Shown piece by piece: positions 55,801-61,823 of a stretch of 64,000 bases of DNA. Source of the stretch: Myxococcota bacterium (GTDB lineage: Bacteria > Myxococcota > Kuafuiibacteriia > Kuafuiibacteriales > Kuafuiibacteriaceae); assembly GCA_965223435.1 (NCBI GenBank), contig CBDCWQ010000023.1:790694-854693 (forward strand), given 5' to 3'. Numbering within the stretch: position 1 is the first letter of the stretch; each line of letters starts with the position of its first letter. A program made the translations under genes and the position numbers. The notes beneath the pieces are model-generated. The model was not told the DNA's origin. It searched no databases and saw nothing but the letters and a program-made list of their open reading frames with translations.

Positions 55801-57444
55801 GTGGGCCTTGGTGGTTTCGGTGATGCGTGGATGGCCCCAAGAAGTGCGCTCGGTTGCGGCCGACTCTCGGGTCACCCGGTACCGAAGTTGCATCCCCGGC
55901 GGAATTCTTGCCCCGCTTTCGAAAAGTGCGGGGGGCGTCCACGCGAGGACGAGTGACTTTCGGGCGTGGGCGGCAGCCAGCTCCGTGGGGGGGCTTGGCG
56001 GGGAGGTGAACTGGGGTTCGGTTTCGTAGCGGACCGTGACCTCTTGATGGCTCTGGTTTCCCGCCTGGTCGGTTGCCTCCAAGCGGATCTGGTTTTCGCC
56101 TGGCTTCAATGGAATGAGACTCCGGAAGGTTCCATCTTCTTGCACGTGAACCGCTTCGGGCGGGGTGCCGGGCGTGTGATGTTGAAGGGCCCCAAGAAAG
56201 GGTTCCGCCACGCGGCCGTGAAGAATAAAGGGGCTTTCGGTAGCCAGGACGGTTTTGGGACTTCCGAGCACAAGGCGAGGAGCGGTTTGGTCGAGGATGA
56301 CCGTCACCACGTGTTGCGTGCGCTGACCGTTCTTGCCTTCGGCGACGACCCGTAAGGTATTTTCTCCGTCCGCAAGGCGAAGCAAAGACCGAAAGGGCCC
56401 TGGGCGTGTGGTCAAGGTGATACCATCGAGGTGCACCCAAGCCAGGTCGCGGCCTTCGGCGGTGCCCTCGATCCAGAACTGCGGTTCGCGGGTATGGGTG
56501 ACCGGGCTTGGGGGCGACAACAGGGTGAGCACCAGCGGTGGGTGGTCTTGAGGGGGCTGGGTTCGCAGGGGGTCGGGGGTTGGGCCACCGGATACCTTTT
56601 TCGGTGGGGGCTCGTAGAACACGTGTTTTTCTAGAATGCGTCGATTCTGGGCGTGGTCGACAGCTTCAAGAACGATGTGATTGGGCCCCGGTTCTAGACG
56701 GACCATCTGGATGAAGCTGCTGCTTGCTTCGTGGACCCGTACCCGATTGATGTAAAGGCCTAGAAGGTTGGGGTCTTCGACGGTGCCCTCAAGGCGTAAC
56801 CACCGTTGGTCGGTGCGTACATTTTTGGCGGAGGGTGAAAAAACGAAGAGGGCAGGGGCGTGTGCATCGCGGGGGTTTTGGGCAGCGTGGTGGGGTTGGG
56901 CCTCGGCCCAATAGGCGACTCCAGGCTCAAGAAGGTCTCCCGGTTTCATGCGAACGTAGTGGTTTGCTTCCGTATCCCAAGCCAAGAGCCGAGAAGCGTC
57001 GGAGTCCTCGTAGGGGCGTCTTTTCTGTGGGCTCACATGAATCCAGGGTGTGCTCGAAGGGGAGCGCGGCCCGGTATCGGTCACAAGTTGGCCTTCGATG
57101 CTCAGTTCGATGTCCCGGTGGGACCAAACCCAAGTGCCTGCGTAGGGATCAAGTGCTTCACGGGTTCCTTCGCCCGTTTCTGGGGGGCTTCGGAGATGAC
57201 CGTCGGGCTGTGTTGCCGAGGGCCAGGCCGATAGGCCGTGCGCCTCGAGTGCGTTCAGGGGAATGTGGGGGTCGACAAATGGGAAGTTACTCAGATTCCA
57301 GCCCTGTTTCAGTCGATAAACAATCTTTGTTGAAGACGGACCGGCCTTTGTGTCGGGTGGCAACAAGGCTGCGGTTGCGAGGACCGCCGCCCCCACCAAG
57401 TATCGAACGCGTGTCCTATCGGACACCATGCGCCGAGCTTTCAT
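43858..57444 (-). CDS. Giant secreted protein paralog C, 4528 aa. Signal peptide, Ig-like repeats, FN3-like, BNR/Asp-box (AQSDDGGLTWSSP, AKSPDGGETWTLG), conserved helical core, degenerate subtilisin (S8)-like domain, ~690-aa unique C-terminus.
   Basis: Single uninterrupted ORF. MKARRMVSDRTRVRYLVGAAVLATAALLPP signal peptide. Shared core motifs with A and B. S8-like 'ITIFVAAGNDG' (~45968-45990) and 'GTTFASPHAAALG' (~45745-45790). Confidence 0.8.
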   Translation of the reverse strand: MKARRMVSDRTRVRYLVGAAVLATAALLPPDTKAGPSSTKIVYRLKQGWNLSNFPFVDPHIPLNALEAHGLSAWPSATQPDGHLRSPPETGEGTREALDPYAGTWVWSHRDIELSIEGQLVTDTGPRSPSSTPWIHVSPQKRRPYEDSDASRLLAWDTEANHYVRMKPGDLLEPGVAYWAEAQPHHAAQNPRDAHAPALFVFSPSAKNVRTDQRWLRLEGTVEDPNLLGLYINRVRVHEASSSFIQMVRLEPGPNHIVLEAVDHAQNRRILEKHVFYEPPPKKVSGGPTPDPLRTQPPQDHPPLVLTLLSPPSPVTHTREPQFWIEGTAEGRDLAWVHLDGITLTTRPGPFRSLLRLADGENTLRVVAEGKNGQRTQHVVTVILDQTAPRLVLGSPKTVLATESPFILHGRVAEPFLGALQHHTPGTPPEAVHVQEDGTFRSLIPLKPGENQIRLEATDQAGNQSHQEVTVRYETEPQFTSPPSPPTELAAAHARKSLVLAWTPPALFESGARIPPGMQLRYRVTRESAATERTSWGHPRITETTKAHHSETVPAYGEYRYSVQAVVQTPSQTAPWSMPSTAVVQSVVEPQAVMALGEFEPPFPVTPVEHRTLLPKTALSQHGQKKHLHLAYIVRRPGQENQDAIAYRRSEISGAPGSFVHRAWVLEPKRGQTITDVAVAATPSRVLVGFIEQNEKGEHHIQVWEKDKSDDRFFEVWSDRVSREWKRDLSMAFDGFGHHHMVWNEGNKIYYARDFEEEESKTLGQKQDHHRLSVFDVPRRRPAREVVQYKVQYEPVNGECRCAHCWCEESYVLGENEDAEATHIDWLENSYAYAPSLWVDDRAVYIVARQFRAWDDKPVENPAWLRMAKDPVFGASITYQPRPTRHVVGWRETWKKHYESGDRLLWEHIGHQWQYLYEGTWHEDDHIKIAMRPLQSPLGPKDKVRAEQASKTQPWRISTIDTVTKKDHQERPSYPHLVSTPGGELVVVYEKGSSSNANQPNGNAIHMAQSDDGGLTWSSPHRLRAGAEDLRGYMPDIAVASDGALLVAYGAPRAPTDSTPKPSAKLMLAKSPDGGETWTLGELSQDPRSARHYPVKPPHLNPQGSHAEARTTYEDSYFAVPAVQTLGTLAVVTFAGDGATNEQFERIFATRASWDNEVRQVSTTIRPSLGVSNHAVQATVRAVNGDHVAVYKDVPKSSETSVLAPASEATGSPPPQIAPFQGQIEFTLAPGAAAASVVTFDNAHVDLRLAEPETSGVSANYARAWSERKALLRTDLSLAPEEANEKNADEQAPQRTTEYFYKDRFVPEGTTGLYLVEYRPNEVERAKQERWEAAGTDDVSTSPDAQDAQHLAGYKRVWAYTMGIALAQASREGDPDAQRRAQGLARSLCAQAVLDAQHDNELKGWHFSWNTQGDHWRDARLVTGATAWAVHGLGVFLSSLAYDAMNQDQNWLKRCYEMSLRGLLRHRRKLHTEGGQEVYLMSAGWTTRGLRHASKPHTLGLSVSRQGRLGYYSVLDVIGYDHYDPDFEPSVKVCDLDDACAAHRTSNEDVWKWKLLTKTEWQALKQEDHALNVVTEHNLDVLSVLNHALDHASALGLNQTQDLNQEHLERWRDKLRRGIFTLLWDETGWIQEFEATIAQNPNTNEARAMREALDSERPLGRMVTGSQGDLTPKANQAALSSGQGDLEPLYALTGQSHHSAIDNCSWLSLSVDYRDLTPERSEGTDTEYVQKLDRCLQYTVIRYVKELGFCLGDQEGACPNQNGTYTGAHYFQNDFRDLYIAPSVLQTSSYHLEATMGLIMGLLQFKDAHPEHRRATEYETLAHTLWAESQRFVRDHGFPYSSQRIQDLSTRLYSSTAIVWFMDVHDHLQPKKDRSDGPLAHYALGIGVKETARFVNAAHTRIDAFLKEGPSNGEGSSSPTFETQALALWAASKDHDPSAAAKWFKSLALTAPLAARSSAPAPTSEAEPSEAEGLGSAVTLGQKMVALGAIAAFSKLNGVEPDLASQAQSLLRAELLFLESQAFRHDLGHQLPDGGLSPGRGEHEVGHDQGLFHALPDAAHADVDDNVLAYFALKEASPQEPVFLDWAERIGARLAELCGNEGGTRPIKRVFREGASVEADGPSTYALCSLFFLDAQAPGKALALLDALAFARTHAPQSFSQSTGEGGAEPLAWLDLIGVPLARRGVRGIDSRQEALALVELSALRNLEAPDPAAQIAARLVHQPSGFLGVQAGPALVSANPRPPVRRSESWLALEDRLKVKMVETLGALLASDFEAHRFDELFRQLVRIHFGLKQLAFGSTGGGPTPPEAWARKLSASGFSDRVRETVHDLFALCAQEADLLAEASVSLDAFLGTPQACAVVENAVAHLLRARTGTSPDQLVEILPYDHEEDLLRLNDLVRLTDPVVGALPEPSGLKLRTAPNRWQGIHRLFEDHTSSVIPPDASLEGIQKTVRARLVHVVENALTRAREDKQPIHFELSGIDPIEAFSPASLAYWLPTHVALRLALKTPARHHVQFSALGVPVDPPLWPLSAEKQVRSTQLRQFIHTFGEGRLVPFSHRIAMRPGWLHSRLRQGVLSTADFDMLVDGHAGGQAHALGPSTQDAWRNRLSPVDDDRAHRASVLGAGFGAPWAPWFIGSLAVWDAAPDRALSVLSHPQTSTPGDLFGFLGSPEESALAVAFSTDFQFGPLEKGLVEVTIPEKDPPIPENKQNLLCSYDAGLLQGAHHDVYARRSQGDAGVFHAQLFAINDKPTHFHFTPVGKAGVALQGSYVITPPVPGLPFSCVLMQPSSPGMPQEPSVHAPKAWTPHLADVHVTAEFQSQHVFGIGIAPKETVVHTRFVLDDDTPITSVEAFVFKKSTAHGGVHDAIRFLLRDISAGEQTHAVGAFHTGAFFHEDKSILGQPWPEYVRAAGRGEPLWISLRLRQNDGTTFDTTPVEIRGSAPTGDDLGTLGNEAELWSLSGLGEPGLGRPNTAWAMTEDAVYENMEVVPEVLRIKAPVDGAATQCFIALKDGALEVDHQFIHPDDEARVLVWVSRYPTQHLEHGAREGANICVSTEPWRLLGLPVPSTYTLPIRLRNKATGYEVERSIEISLGENRDESSLKEALTEPKPLAPIGEWAFEKNTRDSTGHYAPGVFPMGPMPAWRYEAGVGGRGHAYRPSTSPIAYGAIQVPSPKDALRFGGDESFSISVWLNPARTLTEDGVVVGNRDEAGQGFELRVMTDHRAAFLVTNPLGTPTAHTLISVDALRPGEWNHVAVTWEGPIQEGLLYVNGIANASMNLSFYPSWPGLEEAGPLAIGGHWGAKAVSHVFDGLIDQLQIYGQALSVEAAEKLAGEYQNHIAHLAAWMRPSPELLELFEAFTPNPNAGRDEGVTVLEDVSSANVARVKAIKQSMKGTYAGLQRLILQDASLAAAVLPFALPAGAIMAGQADVGLETMVVFEEAPSSAWVEVGSVQAGEIVREAVFFDDKTGVGLFFEDEETIRSHREFDTQAGTQRPFEDGRIYGFDARHLPEILPLRGIVPESGGGTLDLSIPDLPRILGDDGRVKVFALDTTHSRGEVIDNFLRHHQWWQAMLEIAAHLPSAALQEGFLRWGRAFLLGWFFDAKTAERAVKVDRNDQGKRPSWWLDAAGYSSLSEKKASPFTRQETGEAIPLVDSQQEGGTAVIKPAPFGTAPPPIKTVRLFGTNKAKATIGIIERSFTVPNSKDLMTEDPHAIHGFLVRRALEFEYTRLAKLAGHDPYDASFLGFMAPFNVDVPEAVRLATKLRTDFNNHQGGERISVLNISLDSSFANANKFRAWLNDDFLAAVREARAAGITIFVAAGNDGKPLEDVHPNAKALSDYVIFVTALNSFGPSQRASLRDYANTGPSVKLAAAGRSAVACAEDAERCGTTFASPHAAALGLVLDLEALSHKTQARPIEIEQALVQTSLSLDELLGSGIVQPMLAIGLIRAAAAKSPFTERPLIYLLDRVSPEPPQRTGTTFEAGSITTTYLYGPPPSSLSDVLAEPERFIDVVLFKREARDPFEVLTGEEIDQAIKRNALTVAEDEDGFSFTFESNKDATVEKLIAQVENLPHKTYGIPSTKLNTLASNYRFSGMVRVSPDALTDKRMAKVRDLHQPRVNIRYNVVQVYDRKQKFFIVFSPKNSFWGLIPREDRIITGYTASSDGQLTSKDKQELDELFNHTDQSVIRLVSGESVKPQARTRDGKFHELEVAVSSDPLENAISLEHLYRGDTPGSGPGAAGFSERKVYINRAPLTDVELEVTGVVHGKPIAQIFLKGFVPQSLYAAFPVMNGSGWQHPKVAVFPKESQVVVSMSGTGDPTVDENAVQEIFQRLPDQPYVRVVMPNRSVVYYTPTLDHFVGESYAAADPLAAFDKGLARLRQAESRNLAFKPTSHLDPSNLTLEKQISALTTLIEDLRRLRSATMTTSLKKDIEQPLTAVTTDGHLAVEKYFAFLRTTPNEKIRISVPLQKDLKDKLEAHWAPFTEPLLELLEAEHIRSPRFEKLVPEIDALIQTLENIVWALKVVHR
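45700..46450 (-). other. Subtilase (S8)-like domain inside paralog C with non-canonical catalytic residues.
   Basis: Oxyanion-hole motif AAGNDG is present. The Ser motif reads GTTFASPH (Thr where GTSxAxPH has Ser). The putative Asp region reads IGIIERS (Glu instead of Asp). Confidence 0.5.
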
Positions 57445-57910
57445 GCGCGGCGAGTCTTTGCAGTTTTAGTTGCGAATGGCAACAAAAACGGCCATGGGGC
57501 TAAAGTGTCTAGACGGTAAAGAATTGGCAAAATCCCCTCCCCGATCCGGTGGACTCTCAAACATGGCCCAGACTTGGCACGCCCGAAGCCGAGCGCAAGT
57601 CACCCTTACACCGGATAACCCACCCGAACCCACCTTATCCTACAGAGGCTGTCAACCAAGCCTTTGGGCCATGAGAGGTTTCATGGATTTGCTCACAGCC
57701 CGCCCAACAGGCGTGGATTATCCCTAATACCTAGCTGGACCCCCCGGCTCTACCAGGGAGGCACCCCGAGTTTAGGCACGTCCAGGAGTCGTTCGGTCCT
57801 CTCGGAGCCGGAAATCTACCCGCGGCCACGTCTCTACGTGGTCGTGGTCTGGGGCTTACTCAGGGATACCCCAAATGGGCATGAAAAACCGATCGGGCCG
57901 GCGCGGGGAC

Positions 57911-59062
57911 TCAGTCGCCGGCTTCAAATGGGTCCGAGAACATGGGGTTTTGCACGAACGCATGGTCCGTAAGGCTGTGGAGGAACGCTTTCAGATCCGC
58001 ACGCTCATCCGCCGACAGCACGAAGCCGACCATGAAGGGGCTCTTTTTGGGGCTCTTGCTGCCGTCTCCAAGGTGTTCGCCCTCTGAAATGTTTCGACCT
58101 CCGTTGGCGTAGTGATCGATGGCTTCATCCAAAGTGGCGACGCTCCCATCGTGCATGTAGGGGGCCGTCAGCGCGATGTTTCTCAAGGTCGGGGCTCGAA
58201 AAAGCCCCATGTCTTGCGGATCTTGAGAGACTTCGAATAGGCCGCGGTTCGGCGGGGGATACGCGCCGTTCCCATCAAGATTGTAAAGGCCGGTGTTGTG
58301 AAAAAAAGCCTCACGAAAAACCGTCGTGGCCGAGGCCACCGAATTGGCGAAGTTGAACCCTCCGTGACAATGAAAGCATTCGAGCTTTTCGGAGAAAAAA
58401 AGATCCATCCCACGCTTGGCCGTATCCGAAAGTGCGGTCGCATCTCCGTGGACAAACCGATCGTATGCAGAGTTGCCCGAAATCAAGGTTCTCTCAAAGG
58501 CGGCGATGGCCTTGACCACATGGTCCAAAGAAATCGCATCATCTGCGTCCGAAAACGCCTCCGGGAATAATCTTTGGTATTCCGGATCGGCCCGCAGGCG
58601 GTCGATGAGGGTGTCTTCCAGCCCGGCCAGTCCGAGCTCAACCGGGTCCTCACCAAACATGGGGAGGAGTGCTTGGGCCTCCAGGGTTCGAATCAGCCGG
58701 TTGGCCCAGGTCTGGGCCGAGTTGTAAGCCACGTTGGTGAGGCTCATCGAGCTGCGTGGGGTGATTTCGCCGGTGGATCCGAGCGCCTGTGCCCGGCCGT
58801 CGGTAAACGCGTGTTCTTGAAGATGACAGGAGCCGCAGGCCTGGGTTTCGTTCCCGGAAAGCCGCTTGTCATAGAAGAGACGCCGTCCCAGGGCGACCTT
58901 GGCATCATTCATGGGGTTGTCGGCGGGGACCTCCGGCACCGGAAACCCCGTGGGCAGCTGCCACGGGTACTCTTCTGATTCGCCGCCGCCGCAGTGCAAG
59001 AGAAACGACGCGACGACCAGCGCGCCTAGGCCTTTTATGAGGGGCTGTTTCATCGCTGTCAC
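57911..59062 (-). CDS. Di-haem cytochrome c peroxidase family protein (MbnH/MauG-like).
   Basis: Two CxxCH haem sites (CGSCH, CFHCH). N-terminal signal peptide. Size and layout match the CCP/MauG family. Confidence 0.8.
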   Translation of the reverse strand: MTAMKQPLIKGLGALVVASFLLHCGGGESEEYPWQLPTGFPVPEVPADNPMNDAKVALGRRLFYDKRLSGNETQACGSCHLQEHAFTDGRAQALGSTGEITPRSSMSLTNVAYNSAQTWANRLIRTLEAQALLPMFGEDPVELGLAGLEDTLIDRLRADPEYQRLFPEAFSDADDAISLDHVVKAIAAFERTLISGNSAYDRFVHGDATALSDTAKRGMDLFFSEKLECFHCHGGFNFANSVASATTVFREAFFHNTGLYNLDGNGAYPPPNRGLFEVSQDPQDMGLFRAPTLRNIALTAPYMHDGSVATLDEAIDHYANGGRNISEGEHLGDGSKSPKKSPFMVGFVLSADERADLKAFLHSLTDHAFVQNPMFSDPFEAGD

Positions 59063-59098
59063 CTTCTTACTCCGTGTTTTAGAGCCATGCCAAGCTTC

Positions 59099-59941
59099 CT
59101 ATTCGAAGCGAAACAAACCTTGTTGACCGGCTGGCGCTCCGTCAAACGGCAAACCCAGCTTGCTGAACAGCGGTCCGCACTCGGGATCCGTCGTGCCTGA
59201 CATGCAGCCTGGTTGGGTTCCGGTGGTGTTGGTATTGAGGTCCGAACTTTCGACCAGCGCCCCGATATCGGCCAACAGCGTCTTGGTCAGGGGGTCGAAG
59301 CCGGTCAGTTCTATGGTCGGCCGGTTCGGGTTGTCGCAAGTGGTGACGTTGCCCATCATGTCGCCGTCACAAGCCGTGCTCCCGAGGTGCACGCGAAATG
59401 AGCTCTGCATCGTGGTTTGGGCGTCGATTCGTAAAAACTTGTAGCCACCGTTCCAGTTCCAAAACATGCTGGTCAGATTGAGCGGGGCTTCGGCCTGGGC
59501 TGCGTTTTGGTGGTTCATTGCGAACGGTACTCCGAGCTTGAAGCGGACCCCATTGTAGCTCCCCTCCGGAACACGCCCGATGACGGATGCATTGCGCTCG
59601 CTGGTTCCGTTCTGGCAGACGCTGGACCCGTCTTCAAAGTCCAGGAGCGCGAGGCGCCCTTTTTGCCATTGGCCATCTTCCGTCAATTCGACGTCCACGG
59701 ACGAACCGTCGTTTTTAAGAAGCTCTACGTCGTGCACATAGAGCCGAAAATCGGCCGGAATGAGATCGGAAGCGGTGCTTCCCATACCGCTATAAGTTTG
59801 CCCGCATGCGAAATCTTGATTGCCCACAACACCGCGAAAAGAAATACCGATATCCATCATGTTTTCGTCGTCTTCGCCGCAGCTCGCGAGCAAGAGGCCG
59901 GCGGCGATGATTGTCAGTACGTTGCGCATTCTTTTCTCCAA
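59099..59941 (-). CDS. MbnP-like lipoprotein (the 'metallo-mystery pair' partner of the di-haem peroxidase).
   Basis: Lipobox LLLASCG. Conserved Cys pairs and W-rich 'SMFWNWNGGYKFLRID' motif. Encoded immediately upstream of, and co-oriented with, the di-haem CCP, as in MbnP/MbnH pairs. Assigned from memory of the family. Confidence 0.5.
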   Translation of the reverse strand: MEKRMRNVLTIIAAGLLLASCGEDDENMMDIGISFRGVVGNQDFACGQTYSGMGSTASDLIPADFRLYVHDVELLKNDGSSVDVELTEDGQWQKGRLALLDFEDGSSVCQNGTSERNASVIGRVPEGSYNGVRFKLGVPFAMNHQNAAQAEAPLNLTSMFWNWNGGYKFLRIDAQTTMQSSFRVHLGSTACDGDMMGNVTTCDNPNRPTIELTGFDPLTKTLLADIGALVESSDLNTNTTGTQPGCMSGTTDPECGPLFSKLGLPFDGAPAGQQGLFRFE

Positions 59942-60428
59942 GACACCGGTTTTTTACCAAGACCGGTTTGTGTTTTTGTTTTGTGGGGTCCGGTCCGAAT
60001 CGGGTCGATTGTCGTGAACTGTCCTGGTTTGTCGAGTGGCAAATCGTCGCAGCTTGCGCCGAATACCCCGTGAGGATGCACGTATGCCAGGCCATTTCGC
60101 CACCGGTTGGATACGGTATTGCGGGATCTAGTCCTCAAACGGTAACTCACCGATTGGACCTGACTCGAGAGGGTGACAAGCCCGTGCCACCCGTCTTGGG
60201 CTGCTATTCTCGTTTTCCCCGCTGGATGTTCAGCGTCCTCGAAGGCCCCAGTGACTCCAGTTCGGCCTGCGATGCGCGCTCCTCGTGTGACCCATTTGCG
60301 CTCAAAACCGGCTTCTTCGCGACGGAATCAAACGGAGCGGCGCTCCAGCGGGGCCCGCGGTAAACAAGTTTGCCGTCATCGATGTTTGGCGCATGGCCGC
60401 CAGGCTTGGAACATCGTAGGACACCGAG

Positions 60429-61721
60429 GTGCACCCAAAGACCAAGCGGCGGATGGCCTCGAAGGTGCCCGTGTCAGGAGGGATGTCGCGGGTTTCGGAC
60501 CGGGCGATCCTCTGGGTGACGGGTGTTGCCCACGCTTCGAGCCACGCCTGGGAGCTGATTTTTCCGGCCGTAGCCGTCCCGATGGCGCAGGGTTTTGGTG
60601 TCCCCTTCGAGGACGCGCTGCGCCTGTCTTTCACGCTCTACTTCCTCTTTGGCTTGGGGGCCCCCCTGGCAGGTTGGCTTTCTGATCGTTTTGGAGGCTG
60701 GTGGGTGGTCTTGGGGGGCCTTGGGCTCGGTGGCGTGTCCGGCGTGTTTGTGGCCCTTGCAAGCGACTTCACGACCCTCCGAATCGCCTTTGCGTTCTTG
60801 GGCCTGGCGGCGTCAGCGTATCATCCGGCGGGACTTTCGTTGCTGTCGCTTCGTTTCTCACAGCGCATGGGACGAGCTTTTGCGGTCAACGGCATTGCGG
60901 GCGGGCTGGGAATTGCGCTTACCCCGCTTGTCGCGGGACTGGTGACCTCCGTCTGGGGCTGGAAAAGCGCATTTGTTGTCCTGTGTGTTCCGGGACTTTT
61001 GGTCGCTGTCTTTGCCCTAGTGATTGGAAGACAGACAACCGGTGACCTTGGTTTGTCAAAGAGCAAGGAATCCCCCAGCACCGAGGAGCCCTCATCGTCG
61101 TCGCCCGGTCGTTTGATTCTTCTGGGGTTCATTTTTGTCGCGGGTGGTTTGATTTACCGGCTGCATACCTTGGTTGTGCCGGCCCTGCTGCAGCTTCGGG
61201 TCCCCGGTCTGGCCTATCTCGAGGAACTTCTTCCTTCTTGGCGCTTGAGCCACGTCGAGAATCTCGCGGCCACGTTTTTGACAACCCTTGCGTACACCAT
61301 GGGGGTCGTTGGGCAATGGGTTGGCGGCCGCATCGCCGACCGAAAGCCATTGCTCGGGTCTTACCTCGGGTTTCATCTGGTGGCGTTCCCCTTTTTGGTG
61401 GCGCTCGGGTTCGTGTCTGGCATGCCCCTTGTTTTTTGTCTCTTCGGGTACGTTTTTTGTGCCATTGGCCTGCAACCCATCGAGAACAGCTTGGTCGCTC
61501 GTTTTACGCCGTCTCGGTGGCGGGGTCGGGCGTTTGCGGGGAAGTTCGTGTTGGTGTTCGGGGTAGGCTCGTTCGGGACGTGGATTGTCGGTTGGGTGAT
61601 GCCTTGGGGTGGCCTCGCAGCCTCAGTCTACGTTGCCGCTGGCTTGGAGGTGTTCTTGCTGCTCATGGTGTTCGGATTGTGGCTGCTCGTGCGGCCGAAG
61701 GGTGCATCAAGCGATGCGTGA
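60429..61721 (+). CDS. MFS transporter (12-TM).
   Basis: Hydrophobic helices throughout. 'GWLSDRFGGWWVV' MFS motif-A-like loop. Confidence 0.8.
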   Translation: MHPKTKRRMASKVPVSGGMSRVSDRAILWVTGVAHASSHAWELIFPAVAVPMAQGFGVPFEDALRLSFTLYFLFGLGAPLAGWLSDRFGGWWVVLGGLGLGGVSGVFVALASDFTTLRIAFAFLGLAASAYHPAGLSLLSLRFSQRMGRAFAVNGIAGGLGIALTPLVAGLVTSVWGWKSAFVVLCVPGLLVAVFALVIGRQTTGDLGLSKSKESPSTEEPSSSSPGRLILLGFIFVAGGLIYRLHTLVVPALLQLRVPGLAYLEELLPSWRLSHVENLAATFLTTLAYTMGVVGQWVGGRIADRKPLLGSYLGFHLVAFPFLVALGFVSGMPLVFCLFGYVFCAIGLQPIENSLVARFTPSRWRGRAFAGKFVLVFGVGSFGTWIVGWVMPWGGLAASVYVAAGLEVFLLLMVFGLWLLVRPKGASSDA

Positions 61722-61761
61722 CACTGGTTTCTCTGTTGCGCCCAACATCCATGATGATCTT

Positions 61762-61800
61762 AACCTGGACCTGGACCTGGACCTGGACCTGGACCTGGAG
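61762..61800. repeat. Hexanucleotide microsatellite (ACCTGG/CTGGAC)x6 in the 3' intergenic region between convergent genes.
   Basis: cctggacctggacctggacctggacctggacctggag: five perfect CTGGAC units (61765-61794) plus one imperfect. Confidence 0.9.
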
Positions 61801-61823
61801 GTCGATGCAACTGATGCGTGGCA

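Noticed and set aside
16352-57444. Possibility that the giant ORFs are NRPS/PKS megasynthases or RHS/YD-repeat toxins
   Set aside because: No condensation (HHxxxDG), adenylation, KS (DTACSSS) or PP-binding motifs, and no YD repeats. Instead they have signal peptides, Ig-like/BNR modules and a shared non-enzymatic-looking core.
61762-61800. CRISPR array
   Set aside because: A 6-bp unit with no spacers is a microsatellite, not CRISPR. No cas genes in the window.
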